This document shows positions 28,501-43,500 of a stretch of DNA of 64,000 nt, one piece after another. A model generated the notes under the pieces. It worked only from the letters and a program-made list of their open reading frames with translations, was not told where the DNA came from and did no database searches. Each line of letters opens with the position of its first letter. Position 1 is the stretch's first letter. The stretch is from an uncultured virus (IMG/VR IMGVR_UViG_3300025653_003319) (taxonomy: Duplodnaviria > Heunggongvirae > Uroviricota > Caudoviricetes), in IMG/VR virus record IMGVR_UViG_3300025653_003319. One strand, given 5' to 3'. The position numbers and the translations under genes are program-made.

Positions 28501-31500
28501 AATATGCCCAGCCATTTACATCATAGTTGTCCACCCATGCCTTAGGCATAAGCGACTTCAATTCATATCTACTTCTGACTCTTGCAGATTTTAAATACAA
28601 TACATCAACTTCTGATTGTAATTTTTCTGTAATTAATTGCCCACCATTAACTCTATTAATATCGTAACTATAAACATTACCAAAATTTGAACTACTTAAA
28701 CCATCAAATTCTGGAGGTGTTGATGCATTATACAATATCAAACTATCAGGGTCACCTTTGTCAAAAGGATTATCTTTTCTAATTCCACTGTCGTTTAGGC
28801 CAAACCCGTTTCCGCCATCGCCTACTTCTGCACTAAATCCAAAAGCATTTGGACCGTAATCACCTGCTGGAATACCTAATGCATCGAGTGTTCCCGGCAC
28901 TATGTCACTTAATTCAAACCCATCGGCATCTGTTTTTATTGACAATGTATGCACTGATGGGTTAATTGGATATGAACTTAATGTAATGCCTCCGTCTAAT
29001 CCTCCGGCAGTATTAATTGCATCCGCCAGTATTTCAGTTGGTGTAGCAGGCCTAGATGGCCCTGCATTTCTATCAACAATGCCTGGTGGTTGTTGGCAAT
29101 TTATAACACTTCTTGATGTGCATTGTACTCTAGCACCATAACCTTCGCCAGCCGGTCTTGTCTGCATACCTGGGCTCGCCATATCGCCATCAAGATATTT
29201 AAGTGCTACACCTCTTTCAAATTCTGCTGGGAATACTTCGTATACTCCTCTGTCTAATATTCTAAGTTTTGTAACACTACCTGCTTGGTTGATTTTTAAT
29301 ACTTCAAATACTGCTGTTTGACTCTTGAGTTCTGGATTATCTTCCCCTACTAATTTACCTTTTTTCAGGAATGCCTGTGCTTCGAATCCACTACCACTAC
29401 TGCCTTTTGCTACTACAGTATATCGTCGAGTTGCAAACTCAGGCTGGAAACCACCTTTTTGTATAATGGTAACATCGCCAATGCTCTCTTTGTCGGCTGT
29501 ATCGTATGCTGGGTTTTCACTAGCAGATGTGTATTTAATTTTTATGTTCGGTGTGCGTATTTTAGTTTTTTTATTACCTGCTTGTTCAGGATCATAATTC
29601 GAATCTATAATTCTACCAGGTCTAGACCATTCAAGGAACCAAGTACCTTTACCTAATATACCTCTGATATTTCCGTCGGTCTCCCTTAAGAATTTTCTAA
29701 GAACATTTTCTGCAGAGTTATAATTTATTCCATATTGACTTGCTAAAATACTATCTCCATATGGACTACCTAATATTTTAGAAATATCACCGTTTGCTCT
29801 ATCATAATCTTGTCCATTGTTTTCTGCATGTCTAGTTGGCATACCTATTGAAGGTTTAACTTTATTACTATAAAGAAGATTAACGCCTCCATATTTTATA
29901 GCCTCAGCACTCTGGTTAGATGTTAATGTAAAATCAAATTGTTGTAATAAACCAGAATTGTGATAATCATAACCATCAAGGAAACCAAGTTGGTCGTGTT
30001 GGCCTGCTGTGCCAAACTTACCTAAAGTTTGCAATATAGGTATTCTTCGGCCTTCTGGTGATGTTAACCACATCATATCAAAGTCACCTGGTGCATAACT
30101 GTCAAACCTTATATCAATATCTATATCATTAACTTTGGCATCATCAGGCAAATTACTAAAATCAAATTTGTAAATAATTGCTTGTGACTCTTCTAATTCG
30201 TTAACTGGTTGTACTACTGGTCTATAAACAGTACTGTAATTTAGTTTAGACATATTAGTTGCTAAAGTAGTACCTGTAATATCAAATTCACCACCATGAG
30301 TATTCGCTGGAATAGTAAAATGTATTGTTGCAGGTATTCTAAGATACCCTACATCAACCCCGTCTTGGAATATGAATATGTCAAACTGTTGCATTGTGGC
30401 ATCAGGATTTGTACCTAATCGTTTTGCTTTTACTTTAAGACCGTGTACAGCATCTTTTGAATTCATTGTAAATGTTGCTGTACCAGATGCTGTTACATTA
30501 CTAGAAATACTAGTATCATTTTCTATAGTTATTTCGTAGTTATCTGCAAAAGTAGATGTGGTGTCAGTGCTAAATTCATTTAATGCATTAATTGGATAGA
30601 ATCTTGCAAACATGTTTGTAAAATCTGGTGTACCTATAGATCTGCCTGCTGATGTATCTAAATCATATGGATTCATAACTTGGAAGTAAACTCTATCATT
30701 TGCAAGTTTTAAGAACTTAACAATTCGACCATTTGTTTCTTTTATATTATCGCTTAAAAAGTGATTAAAGTCATCTCTTGTTAAAGGTCCAAATGCTTCT
30801 GCATCAAAGTATGATTTCATTATACCAACTGTGCCTGTTGTTAAGTTACTAAAATTATCATGTGCATTTGTAGAATTAAATTTATTTTGTATGTTAGGAA
30901 TATTCCAGCACATGATCCACGCACCATTTAAATTAGTTCTTTCGCTTTCACTGAAAGAACTTGTAAAGTTACTTTGTCCTCTGTCATTGATACCTGTTGT
31001 ACTATTCTCTTCAAAATTGAACATCATGAATTCGCCAAAGTTTTCATACTTTCTTGTACCAATAAATGCTTTATATGTTGTGCCTAATTCCATAGCAGTT
31101 GTGGCTGATAAGGCAACTGTTTCTTCATAGTATGTATTCAGTGAATCTATACCAATGTCGACACGTCTAGCATCTAGTGTTATTCCATTAATAGAATTAC
31201 CTGCTCTATCAATAAATGCTGTATTAGTATCTAAGTCATTTAACCAATTTGTTTCTCTACAGCCTTTGTAGCCTACATAAGTTTTGTAAGGTAGTATAGC
31301 AGATGATATTGCAGTTCTTCCTGTATTTTTTGTTACAGGAGTAACAGCATCATCTCTTGGTTGGAATACTGGATTAATCTGTACTCCAGGTAGAATAGTT
31401 CCTAATTCTGCATCAACGATTTCTAATCTTGTTGTTGATGAATTATATCCAGCACCTGGGTTTGTTACAATAATATCACTAAGATAATAAGCATCTTCGT

Positions 31501-34500
31501 CGATTGTTTTTGGTCTTCCTCCTACTATGGTTAATTTATCACCAACCATGTAGTTGAAACCTGTGCTGTCTTCAACCATACCAGTTTGCACAACACCAAC
31601 ATTAGCATTTGCTATTTGGCCATCTCTAGTACCTTCACCTGATCTTGGATTAACAGGATAGCCATCTATCCTAATATAGTCGGATGTCATAAACGGATTA
31701 CTTGTATCCGGAGCACCCATAATATCTACAATAGTAACTTCTTGTCCAGGTAAACCGCCTGATATAACTTTTGGAGTGAATACTGAAGTAGTATCGCCAC
31801 CTAACTCATTGTATTGCTCAGGTGTAAGAGCGTTTGCTATTGTTAAGTTAGCACTTGAATTTATTACTTTTTCTCTGTAAGGTTGGAAGTCACCTACTTC
31901 AGTAAATGGACTTCTAGCACATCCTGTTCCTAAACTAAACGGCACAGCACTCTTGATTCTTACTATTGGATTAAGTTGTGGTATATTGGCATCTTCGGCA
32001 CTAGTACACCCTTGTACACGTCTTTGCTGTTTAGCATGATATTGCCATAAACCTTGGAACCAGCCGCCTGTTCTGTCTTTCCACTTACCACCGGATTGTA
32101 CCCGTTCTCCGTAGCCTGTTATTTTTGTAAACTTAAATCCTCTATCGTCTTGCTCTTCTGTTGTAGTAATTGCATTGCTTCTTGTATCTTCATCTGTTCT
32201 GCTACCAAATCCTCCTAAATATAAATCATCAATAACTGTGAAGTTAAATAAGTCTCCTAGGTATTTGTGCTGACTTGATCCATTTTTTGGTAATCTGTAT
32301 AAAATACCTTTTCCTTTTGTACCATAATCATAACTGCTTCTGTTTAATTTACTCACGTAAACTGAAATAGTATCTTTATTAATACCTCGATGCATATTGT
32401 CTTTACCATATTGAATGGTTTGCAGTTGCTGGCCTTCGTCAAACACTGAGCCTGATGCTGGTGCGTACACGATTGCAAATGGACGGTCATCTATATTATT
32501 GTACTCGCCTTTTATACCAGAACCAGTATTTGTTATTCTGCTTGTAGAATTCTTCCAATGTAATAACTCACCTGCTTGATCGTTGTTTGTTGTACTTCTT
32601 AGCACAATTGATTTGTATGAGTTTGGGTCGAGGCCTTTTTCTTCTAATTGTAACTTAATAGTTTTTAACAAATTTGGACCGTCTATGCTAACCATTAATC
32701 TCGCATCATCGTGTCTTGAACCAAATAATACTGTTGGTACACCATCTTTTCTACCTTCAAGTAATTTATAGTTGTCGTCTCTTTGCCCAACATAAACCAT
32801 TGACTGACCTTTGCTATTGCCGAGTTTAACAATTTTATCAACACCTCTAAAGTCTGTGGTTCCCCACGCCTGCCTGCCGCCTTTTATAACACAAGACTTA
32901 GGTTCGCGTTTATCTTCTGCTGGTACACATTCTGCTCTAAAGTTTGGTGATTGAGCATTTATAGAATCTGCTAATGAACAAGGATCACATCCTTCAGGTA
33001 AGTTTACTGCTGAACCACCTAAATGTAATACTTCACCGCTTGAAGTACATGTGTTGCCACTTATATCTTTAATATGTAGATCTTGTAATTCACATAAATC
33101 AACATCTATTTGATTATATGGAATTTTAGTATAATTTTCTCCTATGCCTTCAATATATGAAAGTACAGTTGTCCAGTCTGCACCAGTACCGCCTGCTTCT
33201 ATAAATTGGTTCTGGTAACCTGAAATATTCTGATATTCAGAATCTATGTATTGCTGTACAATATCAAACAGGCCGTCATCAAATTCGTATGTTGTTCCTT
33301 CTTCACCAGAATTAGTATCGTATAATGTTATTCTAAACTTACCACAAGTTTCTTGTACTGGTGGATCTTGCGGTGGTGGATCTTGTGGTGGTGTATTACC
33401 TGGACCGCCTCCGCCTCCGGAAATACCGCCACCGCCGCCATGGCCGTTAAGTTGTCGACGTACTCCATCATAATGATCATAAAAATTAAACCCAGCAACA
33501 TCTCCGCCATAATATCCTGTATATCCTGTATATGGCCATACACTAAATTTAGGAGAACCAAATGGTGGTTCTGCCTTGTTTTTAATTGTTCTCAATGTTG
33601 GATCTAAATACATATTACTTAGATTGTTTTCATAGTCTTTGACTAATTGCTTATCTGATGTTATTTTTCCATCTAGTACTTTATATGCTGGTGCGCCATG
33701 TGGTCGTTTTGTTCTTTCTTCGTTTAATGTTCCATAATATACTTGTTCTTCGAGTCCTTGCATATCAATAATATACTTTCCTGATAATTTACTAGGTGCT
33801 CTTCTTTCTGCAATAGTCTCATTTAATTTAATTGGTGAATATTTATTTACACCGCCTTTGAGTGCATTACCACCGGGTGCTCCAATATATTCATATGAAT
33901 AAACCTGATCTAGTCCTGTGACATCTGCTGGCCTTTGAATATATTTTTGATTAAAGTCTGGTGCTGATCTATTATCACTTCTTGGATCTCTATAACCAAA
34001 CAAGAAGCCAACTTCTATTTTCTTTTCTTTATCAATTGCACCTGCTTTGAAGTCAGATACAAAATTTATACTATCTGCCACTTGTTCAACTGTGTCTTGC
34101 ATTGGCAAGTATGTTTTGTTATCATTAACTTCTACAACATTATGATCTGTTAAACTATAAGAAACATTTTTATCTGTAAATTCTAGTGCTACATTTGAAT
34201 TAGTAAATCCAAATACTTGAATTTGATTTTTATTTAAACGGCGTTGATCTAATCCTATTGGTGCCATTTTGTAAGTTGCATTATAGTTTCTTATTGGTGA
34301 ATTTTTAATAGCAATATGATTATGTGATGGTTTAAGATTTATTTCATTTTGAAAATCGGTTGTACCTGTAATCAACATTGTGTCAGAAACCCAATGCCCA
34401 TTTGTAATTGCATTTCCTGTGTAAACAGTATTAACTACAAATGAATCTTTATCTGCCATAAATGGTGTAGCAAATCCATCATAATTTTTAGTTTTACTAA

Positions 34501-37500
34501 TTTTAATTGATCTGTTTTGCGATGGTATGTAGTTATCATATGATACTGAGAATACATTTGCTGTTGCTGTGGCACCAGGTGCCTCAATAGTAATATATTG
34601 TTCACTACCGCCTTCTATGTTATCTACTATATTAACAAAATCTTTTACAACAAAACTATTACCAGATAATACATGTCCAGTCTGACTGTGCGAGAATGTA
34701 ACATTTGCGCCGACTGATAATCCTCTAAGACCATTTGGCAATTCAATATTTACTAAACCTTCGCTACTTGCATTAGTAGAAGATACTACTAATTGATTAT
34801 CATCAACTTTTCCAATTTTATGATCTTTACTGTAGAACCTTGTTGCTTCGTAGATGTCTATCATGTATTCGTCATCATTAAATGATGTGCCTAAATCTTT
34901 TTCAAAATACATTACTGGCTTACTATCAGTAGTAGTGAAATTTTTATCAAAATCTAAATCTGTTATTTTGTTTAAGGTAACAGTAGTATTACTACCAAGT
35001 GAATAATTATTTTCAGGGTCATATATACTTCCTGTGACCCCAGGTATAGCATATCCTCTAGGTAGTGTTACAATATGTAAATTTGCATTTCCTGTGAGTG
35101 ATGCTGTTAAATTTGTTGTTAAACTTGTAGGAGCAGTAGCATGATTGATCATTATTGCATTTTCAAGTACAGCACTTACAATATACGTTTGACCATTTAC
35201 ACTTGCTGTATCTACTGCACCAGTATTTAATGTAATGTTGTCACCAGGCTCAAATACATGTATATTTGCAGGTACGTGAATTGTTCTTGTAGTTACTGTG
35301 CTTGTCGATGCAGTTCCTTGTATGATCGGTGACCCGTATGTCAAATACTTCATACTGCTTAATTCTGCTGTAGGTATTACATTAGTATTTGCTAATTTAA
35401 TTGTAAATGTATTTTCTGTAACTTCTCTAATTCTAAATTCAGTATTGTTTATTCCGTTAGCCGAACCGCTAGTATTTACAAAAATTGTATCGTTTACACT
35501 TAATAAATTATTTGGCTTATTTAACACCAGATGCGGTCCATAAGCAGACGACACAATTATACCTAAACTATTTTTTTGAGTTTCATTGATTGCAAAATCT
35601 CCAACATTATTAGATATACCTTTTGGAATAATTGCATAATTTGTTTGAGTATTTGCTACAAGTATATTACCTGTTAATATAGAATTTGCACCGTGTACAG
35701 TATCAGCAAATCGTAAAATACTATTATTAACTGCTTCTGTGTCCATAAACATTTTATGCTGTGGCTCAATTACATGTACATCTATTGCAACATTGACATT
35801 AGTCACGTCAATTTGTTTAGAAGTTACACCAGTGTGATTCAACGGTAAGTAATCTAATGCAATATCTAAGTTACTTCCAAAAATAGAATCTAACGATACA
35901 TTTGCTGAATTATTAATGCCCACATAGAATGTGCCTGCTGAACCTATTTGTGTAGGTAATGTGCTAATGTAACCTAATGTATTTCCGTTACTTAACGAAC
36001 TTAATGCATTCTTTGGTTGCAATAGTACTGCTGAATAACCATTATCAGTAGTAGATTTTTCTACTGGCGAACCATAGTCATTTGCTAATACTTGTTTGTT
36101 TTTATTTTCATCTACTTGATAAATTATTGCATTTAAATTATTTGTTGTGTCATTAGTTGTAAATGTATTATCACTATTATCAATTGTGATACTAGACTGT
36201 CCTACTGAAGTAATTTTTCTATCTACTACTTGCGATATATTACCAGTGTCATCTTTGATAGCAACTCTTAAATTTAATAATTCGTTTTTAGTTGTAGGAG
36301 CAAGTGTATATTTAAATTTTGCTCCATGTACTATTACTAATGGTACTGCAATATCAAAATTATTATTACCAGGATATGTTGTTAATCCATTTTCAAATCC
36401 TAAATTTAATATAATTTTATTGTCTGCACCCTGAGATAAAACATTCTTTACATCTTCGCTCCACCATTCAAATGGATAATGCCCACCATTTACATGACTA
36501 GGTTTAAGTTTGTTTGTTTTTAACGAACTCCTTATTTTCATAGGTTGCGAAGGATGTACCTGTATTATATTTCCATTAGGGTCAGTCCAAATTAAATCAT
36601 TTTGTTTTTTATCTATTACTGATATTACTTTTGTAAATGACATAGGATGTAGATCAGAGAAATCAAGTTTTAATTTGTGCTTATTATTTTTATCAAGCAG
36701 TCTTGATGCTACAGTGGAAATTGTTAATCCTTTTTCTACTTCACCTGTTATATTAAATGCCTCGTGTTCTCCTATATGTCTTGGTATAAGATCTAACTTG
36801 CTTGTGACATTATTTCCGTTTCTGGCTTGTAATTCAATATACATACCATCCAATGAAGGATTGTCACTTGTATATGTAAAGTTTTCTATCCACCATGCTG
36901 AGTCAAAATTTTCTGTTTTGGATAACATTTCGTATGCATTATTAACAAATTCTACTGAACTTGTATCTGACGTTACTAGTTTTCCTTTAATGCCAGTTTG
37001 TCTTAATAGTTCTAGTAAGCCTTGTTCTGTTACATATCTAAATTCTAGGTCTAACTCTACTCCATCAATTGATCTTAACGATTCTGGTATACCTGTAAAG
37101 TCAGTTTCTAATGATAGTTGATTTCGACTTATTGGTAATCCTAAGCCTAGGTAAACTGGTTTATTATTATAATTAAATAGTTTACTCGGATCGTTACTTA
37201 GTAACTGTTGTTCTTCTGGTGTTTTTTCACTGTCATTAAACAATACTCTGGCAAACTCGCCTGCACCATTATCTCTAAAGAATAAATCAACAGTATTGTT
37301 TGTGGTATCTCTTAATGTATGTACAGGGAATCTAGTTTGCATTGTTCTTACTGAATCTGCAACATCTACAATAACAGTATTTCCATTAATTTTAAATGGT
37401 CTTTCTGAACCGGACACACCAGGTATTACACCGGTGCTAGTATTTGAATTCATATATTGAACATTACCAAATCCATAGTTTCCTAAATTACTGGTTGTAA

Positions 37501-40500
37501 AACTAGATAATGTCAATGCGTTACTTGTTAGACTGGAAATACTTCCTGTTCTAGTTTCTTTAGAACCTGTGTATACCACTGCTGTTCTTCCTGCTGTATT
37601 ACTTGTTATTGCAGGATCATAAATTTGTATAAAGTTACCATCATTGCTTTGAACTGGGTATACATTACCTGAATAATTACCTACACTGGTAAATTGCACA
37701 AAGTCACCTTTGTCAATTATTGCTGAGTTGGCTCCAGCAAGTGTGCTATTTCCCTTGCCATCGCTATTACCAAATGCGGCTAGTGTAATTTCATTAAATC
37801 CTGGTCTTGTAATTGCGGCTGTTTGTGTTGTAACATTACTTGAAATTTCAAATGTTTTACTGGAAGAATTCCAATTAGCAACTGCATAACTAGAATCCTC
37901 TACATAAAAATCATTTGTATTAGTAATTCTTTCTCCACTAGTTAAACCAAAGTCTATATCTAAACCATTTGATATATAACTGGAAACATTTAAATTATAT
38001 GTGTCTCCTACTTCTAGCAATACAGTACTTGCACCGGATAGTCCTTTAACTTTCATATTTACGTTAAAGTCTAAATCTGATTCATATGTAACATAACAAT
38101 CTGAATTAATAGACGCATAGTCTGTGCCAGTGACGTTAGCCTCATTGATTGTGAAGAAACCTTTTGAAGGATCATCAACATCTACAGCACCTGGGTTACC
38201 GCCAAGTCCTCTTTCACTTATACCTGTTACAGTATATGCTTTACCAAGTGTTAAATTTGCGGCAGTTGCCTGTGTGCCTGTAAATCTTACTATGTCACCT
38301 ACACCTAATCCTGCTAATGAATTAGGAGATATTAATACTGAATTTGCATGAGCATTTGGTAAGTTATCTTTAATAACACTTGCTCTAGTAAAAAATTCTA
38401 AACCAGGCGCAGGGTGAGATTTTTCTGCATATATCCTTGCCATATAATTTTGATCTTTATATGGTTCTACTTTTGTTATAGGCTTTGTGTGCCCTGGCTC
38501 AATTTTTACAATGCCTCTATTAATTTTCTTTAACGGTTTATAGTCGCCTTTATATACTACTCTTGGAGTGAATACAAAGTTTTCATTGCTCCACTCTAAT
38601 ACGGTATCTGACAAATTAGCATTTTTAATTACAACTATGTTATCGTAAAAATTTGCATTTGTTTTATCACCTAAAATATTTCCATCTGTCCATTTAGACA
38701 ATCGCTGATCTGAAAACAACATTGCTCTGCCGTTTACATTGTCAATGTAATTTTTAGCACCTGATACATTTCCTGTTGTACTTTCTATTCCGTGTTTCTT
38801 TAATTGGAAAACATTCCAATCTTCATTTTCTGATTTTCCTAAATGCAAGTAATCATTTTCATTTGGTATATTTACTTTGCCAGATCCAATTAGATTTGCA
38901 AAATAAGGAAGGTCGATACTTTCCCAATTTACTTTGTTTCTGTTTACATATCCTGCATTTGGTACTATATAATCTTGTTTGTTATCTCTATACCATAACC
39001 CATCTTGTAACGAGTTGCTTGGTCTTTTTAACATAGTCTCTGTGTCGTCTATGTCAATTGTGATTTTATTATCTGTTAAAATATCTTTGGTGCGTTCATA
39101 TGTACGTTTACTAATGGTATTTGCAATAAGTGTATCGTTTGCTACACTCTTAATGCTTAACACTTTTCCTGGTACATCTGCTGTAAATGTATTGTTAAAT
39201 TGTACTGAACCGCTTTCTATAACTGTAATGTTAGAACCAATGCTGAAATTATCAGTGTATAGTGATGCATTACTAAAACTAATTGTTGTTTCAGTTAAAT
39301 TATTAGTTAATGTAAATGCATCATAGTCTGGTGTATTATTAACTTTATTTCCATCAATGTAAATTTCTGCAAATGGATATAATCCGTTTAGTCTAGTAAT
39401 ATTTTGATCTTCAAACCTGTTTTGTCCTCCTAAAACAATACTAAAGGCATTGTTAGGATTTATGTTATAATCGTTGACAATTGAGGCATTTGCTGTTATA
39501 CTAGTTCTAGCACCTCTATCATATGACCAATATGTTGTACCTACGTTTTTGCCGTCTACACTAACAATAATATCGTTAGTTGTTGTATTGTTAGCAGACC
39601 TTATTGGGAATCTTTGAGTAGGCTGATATCTTCCTGCAGGTATATTTAAAACTTCTAGAGTTGTTTCATCTGACAATTTACCAGGCAGTCTTACTTCTCT
39701 AATAGTAAAATCGGTACCTTTTATAAACAGCCTATTGTCGCCGCCTGTTCCTAAGACTGTAACATTTGCTTGTATGAAATCGTTTGCAAGGTTAGTGTCT
39801 GAGAATGGTTTTGATAATGCAGTTGTATTAAGTGGTATCTGTAATGCTGGATCAGTATATAACTTAATTTGTGTATTACTTGTACCTGCTTCTGCATAAT
39901 ACGAATTATTAAATGCACTTAATTCTGCAAAATAACTTGTATTACGAATTCCTGATCCTGTAATTGTACTGTAATTAAAATCTACATTTACTAGGTCTGC
40001 TTCTGCACTTCGATATGCTCCAACAGATTGTAAGTGTGTATCTGTACCGCTTACAGATTCATTGTACCACGAAGTAGCATCTACGTTTGCTGTTAATGTT
40101 TCATTTGTGTATAATTCATATATAGTTGAGTCAGCAGTTGCTTTTACAAAATATGTTTTATTCAGTATGTCTGACGTAAGAACACTATAAGGTTCATGGT
40201 TAACAAAAGTTAATGTATCACCATTTTGCAATGGCGTAAATCCTGTTTTAGTTGTTAATGTAACTGTAGCAGGGTTAGTATTTGTTATTGAATCAACATT
40301 ACTTAATGTCAAAGTTGACGCACCGTTTGTAATAACAAAGGCATTACTGCCAACTGGTGTGTTAATTTCTATTGATGTGTTAGAAGTAATTGTTGCTCTA
40401 TCTGTTGATATCCTAGTATTAGAACCAGCCTTAGTGACTTGGGTCACAAGGTGTTTTTCTGTTTCAGTATCAATGTCTCCGTATGCAACAATATTTGCAA

Positions 40501-43500
40501 TATTGGCATTGGTAAATTTGTTGTTAAGTAATTCAACAACACTATCAATACTTCTTTCATTGCCTAAGTAAATATCTAAATTACTTTCAGTTGTATGATC
40601 ATATATGTTTACATTTGTTACTGCATTTGCACCAGTTAGTGGTAAATCTACCGAAGCATTACTGCCTGCTAATCCAAATGCTAATACATCACTAAATTGA
40701 GAAATAACAATATTACCTGTAATAACTGCAACATTTGGCTTACTTGCATATCCGTCGCCGCCGTTTGTAATTGTAACACTTTCTAATTGAGCATTAGCAA
40801 AAAGTTTTGCTGTTGCCTGTGCGGCATTTCCACTTGCTGGTGGATCAATTTCTATGGTAGGTACATTGTAATATGTTGTATTTCTTTCAAACACAAAAAT
40901 ATTTGATACTGCACCTGTGACATTTTCAGGATAAATTATTTCTATTTGTTGATTATCTCTAGTAAACTTATCTTGTTCTAATTTTATATCCATACTTTGA
41001 TGATTATAAACATCACCAAATTCGCCACGTTTAATTGCCCATTCTTCAAAAATCTCAATGTTTTTATTTGTATTCACAACATTAGATCTAATCAAACTTG
41101 TAAGTGAATTAGCAGTACCTTTTTGATTTATTAATCCTTTATAGTACTGGAACCCAATGGTGTCATCTATTTTGATATCAGCATACTCATTGGTAGTTTG
41201 ATATCCTAGTAATCCTTTTGCTAGTTGCGATTTTAATGGATCTAATTGTGTAGTATCTTTGTCGTGGTACAATCGTATGCTGTCTATTAGTGTATCAAAG
41301 TTTGGCAATACTGCATCGCCAACAATCACTAAACCTTCTGCTTGATATCTACCATCCCAATTTCTACTTCGTTGAGTATTAATTTCTAGCCTGTCTTGTC
41401 TTATTCCAAGAACATTGTCGTTAATTATATCATTGAAAACTGTTTTGTTGTTTATAACAAAAGCATGTTCAACTAATTCTGTATGTAACAGCATACCATA
41501 TATTCTATTGCCAATTGGAGAAACAGTAATTGTATTATCTTCTCTAACAATTGAACAGTCTTCAGGTATAATTGCTTTGTTGTTTTCGTCTACTATAGAA
41601 TATTGTTCATTAATTTGCCTGTTAATTTTTGATATTTTACCAGTTGTACTAACAAATTTTAATGTCTCTGCTAACGGACTTAGTTTAATACTATCACCGA
41701 TTTCATGATTTTCTGTTGACCAAAATAGGAATCGTTTTCCTGCAAGTATCCAGTCATTCATGCTATTAATACTGCTATCAAACTCGCCAAAGTCAAAGCC
41801 AATCTCTTTTTGTTTTCTGCTTAAACTTATTAAGAAATCAAAAACTTTTCCTGCATTTTGAAATACTGTATCGTAATAAACTTTTTCTGTAACACCTGTG
41901 CCTAATTGATAGACAGTACCGGATGCTCCGCCAATTGTGGGCAATGATTTTAACGGTGTCCACATATTAGAATCAAATGCACCTGGTGATATATTCTGTT
42001 TGGCTATGTAATAAACACTACCTAATTTAATAATTTCGTCTTTGAGATAAGATGTTAGTGTTTCGAATACACTAAAGTCTGCTGGAGTCCCGCCTTCTTG
42101 TACGCCTTCAAATGGCCCTGCAACATCACTAGGTATAATATCAAAATATTGCGATACTGTATCAAAACCTGAAACACTATATCCTTCTGCTTGTTTTGTA
42201 ATTTTTACACCTGTGTAAAAGTTTCTACTGTTAAAAGGACTTGTATGTAAGTTTACTGTTACATCTTCTTTAGGCAGTACTTGACTTGCACTTAACCCAT
42301 CTGTACTGATGCTTTCACTAAAGACGTTAAGTTGTTTACTGTTTACAAATCCTGCAAATTTATGCCCTAGTCGTGTGTCCAAAGTTTTAACAGGATTTCC
42401 TATTTCAACATTTATATTCAATGAGTAAAATGACAAATATTGATATAATAATGTCGTGTATCCTGGTCTCAATGTTATAATATTGTCTGTAGACTTATAA
42501 CCATGTGGTTCAAAATTTTGTCTTAATTTACGTTTACCTGTAGTTTTGTCAACTAGTTGCTCAGGCTGAACACTTAATCTTTGTAAATTTCTTTTATCAT
42601 AAAATAATTTAGCAAACTCACCTGGTCTAGACAAGTAAAGCATTTCTAATATTGCAAACGGATAGTGACTGCTTTTTCTCCAAGCATATTCTACTGGTGC
42701 AATATCACCGAAGGCCCATAGATTGTCTATGTTTAAAGAATCTCCTGTGAGCGATGTGTAAACTATTTCTTTGGGTGATCTTAAGTTACCAGAGGAATCA
42801 ACTGGCAAGTAACTATAAATAGTTGGTCTTGCCCAACGTTTCCAGTATCCTTTTCTACTTCCTGCTGGTATGTATCCATCTCTAACATTATTCCAAAATG
42901 CTGTATATGAACTTGTAATTGCTGTTGGATATTCAGTGTCCCACCATGATGGCTTTTTACAGTAGCCAAACATTTCCCACGGAGTAACTGTAGGTGTTTG
43001 TGTATCATAGTAGTAATCATACATGCCTCTCCAGTATCCTGGTTCTGTGGGTCCACTTGCATAATTCCATGTAAATTCATTTGTGCTATCGAATACAGTA
43101 TTTGTTCTATAATCTACTTTGCTTTGTCTATTCCATTTGTTAAAATTTGTGGTTAATAATTTGTTGTATTCAACTAGGCTGTAATCGGTTTCACAGAAGA
43201 AACTTGGTTTAATTTCATACTCATTTAGTTCTATGTATTCACAGTTCCTGTATTCTTCTTCTATATTACTGTAAATAATTTGTTCAAATGTTAATATAAT
43301 ATCATCAATTTTGTCGTTTTGTTTAATCACATAACTACCATCATGACACAAAATTACATCTTTGTTGACCTGATATGATGTATCGGTCATAAACTGAGGC
43401 TGGAATGCCCTGAACATACCTAGTTTAGATAAACTTGCTGGAACATCTGCAGATTCGCTGTCTTCATATATTCGTAAATTTAGAGTGTCATTTTCTGCTA

